A DNA stretch of 64,000 bases from Amphiscolops sp. MND2022 (Eukaryota). The position numbers were made by a program, and so were the translations under genes. The notes below the pieces were generated by a model, which saw only the letters and a list, made by a program, of their open reading frames with translations, was not told where the DNA came from and did not search any database. Shown here one piece after another: positions 1 through 13,025 of the stretch (its first letter is position 1; every line of letters begins with the position of its first letter). The stretch lies in contig OZ076415.1 of NCBI GenBank assembly GCA_964187785.1, positions 70,370,001 through 70,434,000 of the forward strand, read 5' to 3'.

Positions 1-239
1 ACTTGCTCAAGACCCAAGAGTGGTAAGTTGAGAGAGATTCGAGTATGAATTGGATTTAAATTGAGACCAGAGTCAGGAAGCTTCCTGCAATTAGGTCCTG
101 AACTGGCTCACGTACCAGGGCAACGTGACGGATGGTTACAACTTGCGCCTGAGAAAGCCCAAGAATCTGTTATTGGTTGATCACGCCAACGAAAGTCATT
201 TCTTCCAAATGACCCAAGAGCAGACACTCCCGGCCAGAA

Positions 240-818
240 GAGCCCGACTATTACATTCACTCGTTTTTTTTTCGCTTTTTTTATTTTCTTCAAGACAGAC
301 TTGAATACGACAAAATTTTGTTCAGTTTGTTCAACTAAACTCGCGAACACATCTATGGTAGTGAATACGGTCCCCCTTTCGTTTTCTAGTTTTTAAACGT
401 AACATACAAAACCGGACGAAACTAAAGGGTCCCCCTTTGAATTTTTTCGACGATGTGAGATTTTTTCGCAAAATGTTTATTGTCTCCAAATGCTCCCTTC
501 CAATTTTGTTCACATTTTGCAACAAATGGGGTGCTAAAAAGCCCAATAGCCGCCCTTTTACATTTTAGGCACTATGCGACAGTTTCAAAATTCTCAAAAT
601 AGTTTTTTCAATTAATACAAACAAATAAATTTTGAACACTATGCGAATTTTTGCGCTATATCCGAACTTTATTGCGTTTTATTAAAGCGGAAAAAATGAG
701 GCGCAGGTTCAAAAATAAGCGAACCCATTCGTCCCAGCACGAAACTTTCGTATGTTTCGCTATTTCGAAAGTGAGCATTAAGTGAGCACTGACTTGAAAC
801 GTTCACGTCTCGTTTGTT
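240..818 (-). mobile_element. Non-autonomous Helentron/HINE (DINE-1-like) family copy
   Basis: Reverse complement of 791-818 is AACAAACGAGACGTGAACGTTTCAAGTC, the family head seen as AACAAGACGGGAACGTCYMAAGTCGG at 32603, 57692 and 59203. The internal AAAGGGGGACC blocks and tail GTAATAGTCGGGC match 57692-58198. The Helentron assignment is inferred from the subterminal inverted repeat plus hairpin layout. Confidence 0.55.
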
Positions 819-906
819 TTGTCTTGGGTGTATGTAATAGCTTCACTCGATGACTTTAGGTTTTTTGTTAGCATACCGAGTTTCCATAAATTGTCAAAAA
901 CACACG

Positions 907-1301
907 TGTCAGAGCAACAAGAACCAAAGACTACTCCGGTGGGTCCGAAGTATTGTGTAATATTTTGGTTGAAGCTACTAATATTTTGAAGCTACAGATC
1001 GTGGGTTTGAATCTCGATAATGTCGATCCTTTGATATATCACAAAAAGAATTTCCTTACTTTTTCAAATAATATGTATAAAAACTTTGACCGTGCTATCT
1101 CGAAATTTAATTAATGTTTGCTGTTATTTGTAAACAATTTGTGGTCTTTTCTCATTTGATTGAACTAATACATTGATTTGCAGTAAGATTTGGGGCCGAA
1201 GGATTAGAAAAGATTGATTGTCATCGATCCAAATAGAATATTCCTCTTTTCCCTTTTGACAAAACATTCTTAAGAGTTACTCCGAGACTACATTTGTTTT
1301 A
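907..1301 (+). repeat. BEL/Pao 5' LTR (approximate ends)
   Basis: About 320 bp (from GAAGCTACAGATCGTGGG to GAGACTACATTT) aligns with 13097-13413 at roughly 80% by eye; starts TGT. Confidence 0.7.
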
Positions 1302-1639
1302 TGGTGATTCGGTACAGTGTCCGAACTTGACTGATCGGTTGATATTTTGAAAAAACGTTTCGTCCCTCACCCGCGCCACTGTCAACTGAGACCACGTTTC
1401 TCCAACGCGACTTTGAGTTCATCATGTGCAGTCCTCGCAGTCTGTGACTACCTTTAACTTGAACCAAAAAAGTTCGTCAGTTTCTTTGTTTAAGCACTGT
1501 ACAAACACCGTGCTGTCACCGAATAACAACATCGTTCTTTCTAGCATCGAGCATTTTCATGAACTGCGTCCAAACTAAATTGTTTGGGTGACGTCTGAAA
1601 AATTCCAAAGGCCTGCTGATTCCTAAGTTTGACAACGTC

Positions 1640-4600
1640 ATGTCTGACTCCGTTCAGCTAAAGGTGAAAAGTTGTTCGAGTGTCGCGCGAAAGCTGGAGC
1701 CGAATTGAATAGATTTCAGAAAGACGTGAAGAAGCAGTAAACAATGCCGACAGACGCTTCCGCATCGAACGGTTGGTGACTGCTTGCGAAGAGGCTATGA
1801 CAAAAGCTTCCGCTAAGAACGAACAGCTACTCGGGCTTGCCAAAAACACCAACGACCCCGCAACTGACATGGCTGACTGATAGAAATGGCTGAACAACGG
1901 GACTGTACAAATGATGCATTTTTGAAGAGAGCAAGTAAAAATATCCAACTTTGACTGAAGTTTGCAAGGGTTTATCTGTTCTTGAACCTTGATCGATATA
2001 TCGACTTCAGTCAAAGCCTCCACTGTCCAGCAAATATTTAGGCGGCCAAATACGAAGTCTTCAAGTCAGCGACAACGAGTTTTGCTTATTGCCAAACACA
2101 AACGAGAAGTTGAAATGCAAAACGAACGTGCTTCACGACTGGCAAAGCAAACGCAAAAGCTGGAACCCGAACAACTGCAAGAGAACCGTAAAAGGCAGAG
2201 GCGCATCTAGTTGAACTTGAACTTCAAGATGACCTACTCGAAAAAACCGAACATGGTCATGAAATGTTTTCTCGGCCCAGCAGAAAAAGAGAAGCTAGCA
2301 AAACCCGACGAGTGACCGACTGGGTTAACGACTTGCCAATTGTTGCCGCGAATAACCAAGAGACAGAAACAGTTGTAACAAAAAGTCTTGCGACTTCGAA
2401 TACTAACACAACTGTTTTGACATTACCTCAGCAAACCCCGATTAATGTTTCTCGACCGACGTTCGCACCAAGTGATATCAACGAAACCACGTGACAGTAC
2501 AACTACCCACAACTACCGCTCCATCAGTGAGATTGAATCACACTCCTGTCGTACAAACGCAGACTCCTCCCTTGCTGGCGCATAACTTCGCAAATGCCGG
2601 ACCTTAAACATTGGCTGTCATCGTAAAAAACCAGTTCAACAGGCAACTATCACAACTCACACTGGAAGTTATAATGTGCAAGTTTTATTTCCACAATCAA
2701 CAGTACGGATGCCCACCTTCACATTGCCGGTGAACCAGATATCCGCATGGATCTCCCAAAAATCGACCGTTACCGCCGCACCGATTGCGACAACAATTTC
2801 AACCCCGCTACAGCCGACGGCATTTATGTCGTTTGCTCACACGGCAACCTGTGTCGCTCCGATCGTACCCATACTGCTGGTAGTGGAACTGTGCATTACG
2901 TACCACCGTCAACCGTTCCTACGTCAATTATAAGCAATACAGCAGCACAACCGACGACTTCTTTCAGTCAAACAGTCGCTTCGTTTGTTCCAGCTGGAAC
3001 TTCATCAACTATGCAACGAGGTAAAACCGGATTCACGATACAGGATCTTGCTTGCTGTAAGCTTCAACCAAGAAAGGCTATTTGCCAGAATGGAAACTAA
3101 CGCGATATAACGACAACCCGATTTAATCGCATGAAAGGTTTGGCCAGTTCAAAAACGCCATCGACTCAGCCCCACTCACAGATGACCTCAAATTATCGTA
3201 CCTCAAGACACTTGTAACAGGCCAAGCAAAGACTGCTATCGCTGAAATTGCTTACAATGGAGCGATGTAAAGAGACGCCCTAAAGACACTAGAACGGAAG
3301 ATTGGACAGCCGCAGGCTGTAGTAACTGGTCAGCTGGAAAAGTTGGCAAATTTTTAGCCAGTGAAGATGCACAACTAAGAAAGCATCGTCAGTTACTCCG
3401 CAATAATCTGTTCACCTGTTGGGGTCTTGCAATCTCTGAACTACGCACAAGATTTTACAAACGCATCATATGTACAAGCCTTGGACAAGCTTGGACACGC
3501 CTTCTAAAAGCTCCCGCCCAACATGAAAGAGGCATGGTCACTGCACACAGTGAGGCGAAACTTGGAACGACCGACACTCAGTGATTTCAATGAATGGCTC
3601 ACAGACAAAGTCGAAGCGCAGAACGAATGAAGTCTCTACGCAACAAAACAAAACCTGAAGAAAGTAACATCATGACAGTTACTAAGACCAAGTCTGCTTT
3701 TAAGGCTTTCGTAGCAACGACTTCTAGTCAACAAAGTGCCAGCGCCAAAGTAAGGAAAGACAAACCGCCCAGAACTTGTGCCACCTGTAAAGAAAACATC
3801 CTTCGTGGAAGTGTCCACAATTCGGAGGAAAAACACCCACAGAGTGAGCAAAACGCACACGTTTCGCCCGTGCCTGCCATCTCGCAAGTGTACGAAAGAT
3901 GGATGCATGAGTTCTCATAACAACTTCTTGCACGGAGCTGACAGGTTTTTTGCCACGAATATCACTAATGTGAACAAGTACAGAACTGACTTATCCGGTT
4001 ATATTGGAGTATTAAATAAAAACGAAAGATCAGACGAGAGCTCAGGTATGTCTTCCGTTGCCGATGTTTGCCGAGGGATACTACATGTACCGGAAGTTGA
4101 ATTTCACGCGAAAAGCAAAAAGGAAAATGTCTTAGTACTAGGTGATACTGCCTTCAGCCAATTCTGGATCTCAGAAACTCTGGCAACGTAGTTGACCATT
4201 CATTGCACCCCGACCAAGCTTACTGTCCTTGGCATAAACTCCAATCAAGTCGTCGACACGCATTTGGTGGAGCGTGAGTTGACATTCGTTCTTTCGGGTG
4301 GCTCTTGCTCCCCTTTTGATGTCAAGCTGTACGTCAGGGAAGATCTTAAACTCGAAATTGACACTATTAATGTCGAACGTTTGAAAACCAAGTACCCTTT
4401 GAAAAAATACAGCTACACCGATGTTGAATTGATACTAGATCAGGATGTCTTCCACTCGATCCGCCCGTTGGAGTGTCTTGATTCCGACACCAAAAATGTC
4501 CCAGTTGTTGTCCGTTTACCGTTAAGGTAGGTACTAAGCTGCATTCGTCCTTAGGTCTCTATTCAACGTGTTTCAATGCTGTTGCTTGTATCTTTAAACT

Positions 4601-7059
4601 GATCTGCGAACATGCAGACCAACTCCGTGGCTGGTACGACATTGGATCGTACGGAGCGTACAAGCAAATAGAGTCCTGTTGCACTGCCGATGCGAGATCG
4701 TTGGAAGACTTACAAACGACTTACTACGAGGGTAACTCACACCATGTGGAATGTTGTGGACCGAAGCTGACAGTAGTTTGCCGATAACTATTTTTCCGTG
4801 CTCGTGCAGCTAAAATCGTAGATGCTAAAATCAAAGTTACCGACTTGAAAAAATTTTATGCCACGACGACTCAGACAAAGAGTACATCACAAATGTTGTC
4901 AAAAACCACTGTTTCAAAGTGGACAAACCCCGAGAATGGTACCTGCCACACCAACCAGTAGTGCATTCGCACAAAGTCGGCTAAGTTCGCAGAGTATTGT
5001 ACAACGCTTTGTTAACCGGACCAGACTTGCTTCAAAGTTTAATAAACATACTAATCCGACTTCGTCAACACAAGTACGCTGTCTCTTCCGACGTAGAGGG
5101 TTTGTTTCTTCAAGTCGGGGTCATACCAAAGGATCAACCCTCACTTCGTTTCCTGCGGCGTGAGGACCCAGCTTCAGAAGTCACTGTTTGTTCTAACGTC
5201 CGAAGTGTCATTGGATCCACGGACTCTCCAACATGTGCCAACTACGCACTGAAGCGCACTGGTAGCGAAAACCAAGCGAGAGCCTACTGCAGCTAAAAGC
5301 GTTCAGTGCAACATTCACATGGTCGACTACTAGGAGTCAAACGCAACAGTCGAAGAGGCCAGTATCAAAGCAAAGGTGTTGGTCACACTACTGGCAAACA
5401 GTTGTTTCAATTTAATCAAGTTTGTCTCCATTATCAACAACCTTCCAGTCGAACTGCAACACAGCAGTGAACCAGCACCGACTAATGAGATGGTGATTCA
5501 GAAACCGGAAGAGTCCTCACATGTCCTGGGACTTGAGTGGAATCATGCCTACTACCCTCGTAGTAAGTCGGGGAGCGAACCCTGATACGAACAAAACAAT
5601 TCTTTAACGAGTGTTACAGAGCTTAGTTTCATCTGTTTACAATCCAATTGGACTTGTTGCTCCCTTCACGATCCAAGCAAGACTGTTGTTGAAAGGCATC
5701 CGGAGATTAGATGGTCAACAGTGGGATGACGATCTGCAACACGAAATCATAACCAAGTTCAACGAATGGAGCATTGAGTGGCCAACTTTGAACAAAATTC
5801 AATCCCATAGAGCTACGTTGAACAGCAAGTTGGAACCTTGGAGCTTCATATGTTCAGTGACAGCTCCCAAGATGTCTTCACCGTTGATGCTTTTCTACAA
5901 CGAAATTTTGCCACCACGAATGGTTACAATATTGAGTTAACTTTCATCTATCGAAAACAGGAAAGCCAGAGTGGCACCCATGAAAAACCTAACAACCCCG
6001 AATCTCGAGCCACAAGCCTTGTTGCTTGCTGGACGACTTCGAAAAGTAATCCAAAATGCTTTAACGGTCCAAGGTGACAACAATTTCATGTGGACGAACA
6101 ATTCAACAGTCCTTCGTTGGCTCCATTCATTGGAGAAACAACCGGTGTTTTTACCCAAGTGTGTTGTCGAAATACTGGAACTAATGACAGTAGATGAATT
6201 CACAGTATATCTCTCAGCTAATTCACGGCGTAACAGTCTTTGGCTTGACGGTCCTTCATTCTTGCGATCACATGAATGGCTGTTAAAACCACCAAAAAAA
6301 AGTCAGACACTCTCAATTGGGAACAAGAAACTTTGGAATTTGTGACAGCTGCAACCGCAACTGTTTTCGGCATCGCAACAACATTCGGGTGGCAGAAGCG
6401 CAGCTGGTACGTTAACTCCTGCTCGTTGTAGTTTACATTTTGCGCCAACTGCCAGAAAACAAATGTTACCGCTCCGACTCGGGTTTAATAACTGACCTAA
6501 ATTAAATGGTAAACGCTCGAATGAGACTTCTCCATCCCGTCCAACAAGAGACATTTCCTGTCGAAACTAAGTGCTCGCTGAAACAATCCCCCGTCAGCAA
6601 TTTTTCGAAACTTTCTCAGTTTTCCCATTTAATTCAGCCTCAAGGCTTAGTGCGAGCAACTTGCCGAACCAGGCAACTCACAATTTACATCTTTGATGCG
6701 AAACACCAAGTTTTACTGGACAATTGTCACTCCGCAGAACGGTAGTACTGAGAACAGCTCCACGAACCGCTTTGCCATCAGGGTGTTGACTACTTGAGTG
6801 CGTTGGTGCAGAAACATCTCGGCATCGTCAAACTAAGAACCGCCCTAAGATCAATTGTCTCCAAATGGGTCACTTGCCACAAACGTAGAGCGGAAGTTGT
6901 CAACCCGATCATGTTTGTCCTTTCATGGAAGAGAGTAGCCTTTAAAAGCATCCATTTACGAACACCGGGATTGTTTATTTTGGTCCGTTTCACGTGGTTG
7001 TAAAAACATCGACCGAAAAACGACGGGGAATCCCATTCACTTGCTTAACATCCAGAGCT
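1640..7059 (+). pseudogene. BEL/Pao gag-pol, frameshifted and stop-ridden (5' part)
   Basis: Gag LSYLKTLVTGQAKTAI (DUF1759-like, about 3190-3400); protease-like GDTAFSQFWIS (about 4140); RT NALLTGPDLLQSLINILIRLRQHKYAVSSDVEGLFLQV (4997-5296); RNase H ELHMFSDSS (5838); integrase HQGVDY...TCHKRR and FTCLTSRA ending at 7059. Confidence 0.88.
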
Positions 7060-10000
7060 TGTTAAAATTCATGTTTATTCTACACTTAGATTAATAAAGA
7101 GGCACAACACATAACTAAAAACAGATAGAATTCGTAAGAACAGTGGAGAATGATATTGACAAATATTGACACAATTGAAATGAATAAAGAAAGTCTTCCA
7201 AAATGAAAACGAATAATGACCTTGAGAAACCGTTAGCAACGTATATCAAAAAGATTTTCACAAAAAAGTTGAGTTTAATAAATTACGCGTCCCAGTCAAT
7301 CATGAGAGTATTTCAGGAATTGTTGACGGGTGAGTGGCGGCGCTTTAAAGTAATGCTAGAAGAAGTCAACGACTCATGTGCAAGCAACCAATTGAATGAA
7401 ATTTAGCGTCAGCACAAATCATGCGTTCTCATAAACAAAACATTGGCTCCCCATGGTTGACAGCAGTGACGACATCAATTCTGACGTAATGAGGGATTGG
7501 AAAGGAATGAGATGTCTGCGATTGAAAAGATATTAAAAAGAAAGTAATTGAAGTTCTACGGAAGATGAACAAGCATAAGCAGTGACAGCAAAAAAAACAG
7601 TCAAAGAAATTCGTTAAAGATTCAGCAAATAAAAAAAGGACTGCATTGTTCAAACAAAGCAAATGTCGTATAAAAAAATGACTGGATAAGAGTTCAAATC
7701 AGTAATTTCTAAAGATTCAAATAACATTTACCTGGGTTGACAAGGGGTAAAAACCAGGAAATGTTTCCGGATGATTTCGAGAATTCTTTCACTGTCAGCT
7801 CCTTCCTCTCTAAAAATATCGCAATCTGGGACATTGTGACCACCCATCGCACTTCGCATACCCGGTACTGGGCCAGTTTGTTAGACATAAGGTCTTGAAT
7901 AGCACTGATGTCAACTCCTAATCGCTTCACGTGTACAGTTTTTGATTAGTGTATAGCGGCATGGAGGATTTTACTGTCAGTTACACACAAGATCGGGCAT
8001 TCTGTTTACAACAAATATTTGAACATTTTGTTTAGAAGCAGAGCATCATTGAGGTCAGCCAAGAGAGCCAGAGCATCTGCTGCCAAAGTACTTCTGACAA
8101 TTCTATGAGTTCGTCGGGAGGCCCAAAAAATTGGATGAATTGGCGAGAACTGGGTATTCGTGGCGAAACCAATGTACCCCCCTGTGAACCACCATCTAGA
8201 AGTTTTTGGAAATAGGTGTCTGCATAATCAACAAGTCGGCCGAAATCTGCTAAAAATGCATTTTTCAGTTTGAAGGTTGTAGACTGGGCTTTCCGTGTAG
8301 CCTAATAAATTTCTAATGAACGCGGTAGGCTAGCGTTCCCCCTTTCTGACGACACAGATCTTGCTGAAAATCTCGAATCTGGTCTTGTTTGGCTCGAAAG
8401 CCCCTACAACTTCCGAAGAGCACAACAAGTTTCTGAAAACAGCTTTTTTGTTAGGGAGCACTATTAGTTTCGAAATTCACGAATCTTACTTCCTGACACT
8501 GTTCGGCATAGTTTTGTTGACTGACAGTTATGCCCTTCCGTATCTTACGGACAATCGTGGGAAAGATAGAGGACATTGAGATGCTCCTCCGACAATGAAC
8601 ACCTCGTTTAAGCTAGTTTTTACTTGTTCAATACTTTCAGGGACTCCGTCGAGAAAAAAATTATCGACATGTATGCAAACCATACATAAAAGATCCGAAA
8701 AGTGTCTCTTCACAAAGAAAGTGGGTCCGAAGCTGCAGACTTCGAAGTTTATCGCAGATAGTTCATCGCGAGCTCTCTCGTGCCAGTGTTTGGACGCATC
8801 TTTCAGCCCATAAACCGGTTTTTTTTCAATTCCACATCTTGGAAGTTGGTACCTCTTGCGGGGGTCGTATATAGACATCTCTATCAAAGGATATAGCCTG
8901 TAAAAATGTCGTTCTCATGTCCAACTGCGGTGCCCAATTTGCGAGGCACAAATGGAGAAAAACACCTTCAACGCTTCTCTTAATGCAGCTGGTGGTTCAC
9001 ATTGACAATTTGGCAATTGCTCGAGATATCCTTCCACAACCAGTCTGGTTTTAGGAATAAGCGAATCGTCATCGAGTGTTTTGACACTGACAACGCATCA
9101 TAGGCCCAAAATTGCGTGCATCTACTTCGGCGTATACCCCATTAGCTACCCAGCAGGATCAATTCTTGTTGCTTCGCCGTATCAAATACGGTCTGATTTT
9201 TCAGAACGAAGAGTTCAGAACGGTTTTGATTCCAGGAAGTTACATCTGTTTCAAAATCCAAACACACATTCTGTCCTTCTTCCCACAACGACGACAAACA
9301 CTGGAAATTGTAGCACAATTTGTTTTTTCTAGTGTTTTTGCCCGCTGGCAAAAGAATTGGGGCGGTAAATTTTTCAGTTGATACAAACGGATCCACCTCA
9401 AAATTGACCCCTGAATTTACTGTCTCGTCATCTTTTCTCTGACGACCCACATTAGCGTTGGTTTCTGTATGGGAAGTTTGCTCGCAAGACTCGGGTATTT
9501 GCTCGGGTATTTTCAGAAAGTCTGGCTGCGTCATGGTTTCGTTAGATCGATTCTCAGAACGAACGTTATCGTCATTGCTGTCGAATGCCATGCTCATGGT
9601 GGTGTCATCGTGCAATAAATCAGTTTCATGGAGGGGGAGCAGGGAGATTCATTGCCGCACAAAAACAACTTTTCCGTGAACACCAACGATTCTTGGCGGG
9701 CCATGCCACCTGGCATCAATCGAACGCTTGTGTACAACCACGTCACCATAATTGAAAGGAGCGCCTGATGAACGCACATTGTGCCTTAAAGCTCGCTTAA
9801 CTCGTTCGTTCATCCTTGTCTGCCATCAGAACACAAGTCTTGCATCTTGTAGAACAGCCATATGCTTCGAAATTGATGAAGAGGAAAGTTGGATACCAAG
9901 CGATACAATGCTCGAAGTGATATTAGATCGAGTATTTGGATTTCTTCTCAAAACAACTTAGGAGAAAAACCCGAAAACTTCGGGAGACTGTTCTTGACGA

Positions 10001-11735
10001 TTAACGCATAGGCGAATCATGTGTCTAGATCAATCTCTGTGTGATCTCGAGTGGCTTTTTCGAGCGTGTCTGTGTGAAGAGCATTATGTCTCCTGCAAGT
10101 TGAAGGATTAAGCAAACTCCTGGAATTTTTCCTTGCCAATTATTGGACAAAATGGCTCGTGAACGTGGTCCGAATAATAAAACCCAACACTTGATGTATT
10201 TTGGAATGACGACATTAGCAACCTTGCTGGATACGTTGATTGCCAAACTTAAACGCGAGAAAGCACAAATACAATGAAGGTACCACAAGTTTGGTCCCAA
10301 CTGATGTAAATCCATGCACACCAATGCGTTGAAATTAGTGACTAATGGACAAGAGACTACTGGATTCCATAGCGCTTTGTTCTGATGGTCGCAAACTTGA
10401 CAATTACCTACGACCGCCGAGATTTTCATGGCTGTGATCTTTTGGAATTCGGTGAGATTTGACCATTTCAGCAACATTGGCAGGTTGCCCGGGCTACAAT
10501 GACCGAACTGTTTGGGCAATTTGAGGATGTCTCAATCCAGTTTGAATTTCGCGGAATAAAACACAAGTTCTTCGGGACTTCTTGTGCTGAGCAAGGACTC
10601 CAAACAATGACGAGATTTCGTTTTTTTTGCGGTTTTACTGTCTGACCAAAAACTGTACATTCACCACGATCCAGGTCAATGACAATACCAGCTTTGGAGA
10701 TCGATGGTTTGATTTAAGAAAGCGGCAAGTCTCCATAAAGCACAGTGCCAGTAATAGTGCACTTATTCCCCAAGATTGTGAAGGTAAAACTGCTTCAAAC
10801 TTACCATAAACGTATCCAGTACAAGAAGTGTCTAGAATGGTTTTTCCAGAACATTCTTTCCAAAGTGTGGATCCTGGATTCAAAGCGTAAAATAGGAGGG
10901 ATTCTTTTCTTCTTTCCGCAGTTTGGGAGCTTTCCAAAAGGGCTGTATTTTCTTGGAATCGAGACTTCTTGACGTCGGATGATGGTTCTTTGTCTGGATA
11001 GCGCATCTCGAGATTTTACCTTTTCAGTTTCTTGGATTTTTCGTTTTGTCACAGCTGTAAAAGGTTTTCTTTCTTTTGCAAAAAAAAGATCCTGATTTGA
11101 TAGATGTGATAGATGTTGTGGCTACAGAAGAACCAAAAGTTCTTTCAATATCGCTACTGACAGTGGCGTATTCCAAATTGCTACAGGCACAGGGAATCAT
11201 CTGTTTCTCTCTTGTATCTAGTTCTGCTGATTCAATAGGCTTACACTTACGTCTGACTTGTACTGTTTCAACTAACGTCAAACTACTTGCGTAGATCCGA
11301 AGAATTCTTCTCGAAGCAGTTAAACTCCGGTCTGGTTGGCCTGATATCTTGTGAAAATCACGATAAGCCTCATAAACAGAATTGATGGCATTCTTCTGGA
11401 AATGCCTGTCCAATTTGGCCAATAGAGTAGTGACACCGTCATCTGCATTTAAATCTCCAGCAATATGGAAGTAGCGACATCACGGCACGTTCCAGGAAGT
11501 GATAGAGCGATCGCAAGGGCCTGTTTCTTCTTGTCAAGATTAGTAACGAGCTACCAAAATTCGATCTCTCGGCGCCAGGTTTCATAATCATGCTCAAGAA
11601 TCTCAGGAGGCGCTTTGTAACTCCTGCTATCATTTCTAAATTCCACGTTTATTCTATACTTGAATTAATAAAGGGGCACAAAACACACCTGAAAAGAGAT
11701 AGAGTCTGTAACAACAGTGCAGAATGATATTGGCA
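7060..11735 (-). mobile_element. Degenerate Ty1/Copia LTR retrotransposon with about 102-bp LTRs, inserted in the BEL integrase
   Basis: LTRs 7060-7161 (TG...CA) and 11633-11735; 5-bp TSD GAGCT at 7055-7059 and 11736-11740. Minus-strand order is PR (ILDTSC, about 10800), INT (QFGH...CQVC, MDLHQ, 10025-10519), RT (VYGLKDASKHW, IHVDNF, 8528-8887), RH (IVRSTLAAD, KRLGVDISAI), which is the Copia order. PBS-like TGATAGCAGGAGTT at 11619-11632. Confidence 0.9.
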
Positions 11736-12786
11736 GAGCTGTCCTTTTCGAAGTTGTTCCGTCAATCAACACTAGTAGCTGTGTTATGGGAATCGAGAGA
11801 CCCGCTGCCCGTCGAGGCGTGGCATCGGTTTTGTGGTCTGACAACGGAAGCAACTTCATCGCCATCGAAAAAGAGTTGCTGCAAAACGTGTCAACGTGGA
11901 ATGAACAAATTCTGTCTGAAGCTTTGGTCAAAAACGGATCCACCGGAAGTTCAATTCTCCCAGTGCTCCTCAAGACGAAGCAGTACGATACATCTTGCTA
12001 CTTCGAATAACAGCTAATAAAAATTCGTTCTTATTTCAGATATGCGTTAAGAGTTTTGCACGTTACACTGTGTGGTTTGGCAATCACGTTACGGATTTCA
12101 AGTTGCAAATTTCTGACTGGTTTCCACTTTTCTCTGATTACGCTCAATGATCATATTCCGCAATTTCTGATTAAATTGTGCTTGCTTCTAAATCTGCGAT
12201 AAACACGATGCACTGGTTGACTAGAGTACGGTACGCTCTGGTGCAACGGAAAAAACTTTGCATTGAATTCTACTTTTGCGGCATTTGTATCGTAAAGAGG
12301 TGTCTGGGAACGAACTGTCAGAAGCTTGAAACACGTCGTTGACGCAATCTTTGGAACCTGTCGCCTAACTGACGAGATACTAACAACTACCTTCTGTCTG
12401 GTAGAGCTGAGCATCAATTCCGGTCGACTGGTACCGTTAGCTCCGACGCTACGGATTTGGAAGCCGTGACTCCAAACCAATTCTTGTTGGCAACCGCGGG
12501 TTCCACAATGCTATCGCACCAAAAAGCCGACGTAGACCCAGGAAATGCTACGTGCGTGCGCAAGCGTACGCTGATGCAATTTGGGACCGTTGGTTACGGG
12601 ATTACATTCAGTTGCCTAACCGCTGTTCAAAGTGGTCAACCCAAACAGATCAAGATCTCAAGAACGGAGACCTTGTCTGGATTGTCGAGTGCAGACACGA
12701 TGACATTAATCACTTGCACGTGTGGTCAAACTAACTACGGTACCGACGCTGTCGCTCGTTCTGTGGAACTGAAAACCGCAACATGA
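11736..12786 (+). pseudogene. BEL/Pao integrase, 3' part
   Basis: AVLFEVVPSINTSSCVMGIER...LWSDNGSNFIA continues in frame from TSRA at 7059 once the Copia is removed. WERTVRSLKH follows at 12300, then WDRWLRDY...DLKNGDLVWIVE (DUF5641-like). Confidence 0.85.
11981..12297. mobile_element. MITE-like insertion in the BEL integrase
   Basis: Imperfect terminal inverted repeats CAGTACGATACA / TGTATCGTAAAG flanked by AG on both sides. Removing 11981-12299 restores APQDEGVWER (typical APHHGGVWER). Confidence 0.65.
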
Positions 12787-13025
12787 AATCTTTTTCGACC
12801 CGTTGTCAAACTCGCACCCGTTCTCCAGTCCCCCGATTCTCTCAATCTTACTTAGTCTATAACTTTTGTTCGTTGTTCGTTTCTGTTTTCTCTGGCAATT
12901 GTACCTACCATTGAGTACATCGTACCATGTACATGGAAAATCCATGTAAACAGGTTTTCGGAAAAAAGTTTTTTGTTTTATAAGTTGTAACGTTTTTGCG
13001 TTCACATTTTCTTGGGCCAGGAGGA

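Noticed and set aside
1-240. Possible host exon(s): GTAAGT donor at 23 and an open stretch LRPESGSFLQLGPE...WLQLAPE
   Set aside because: Too short, truncated by the window edge, and no recognisable domain.
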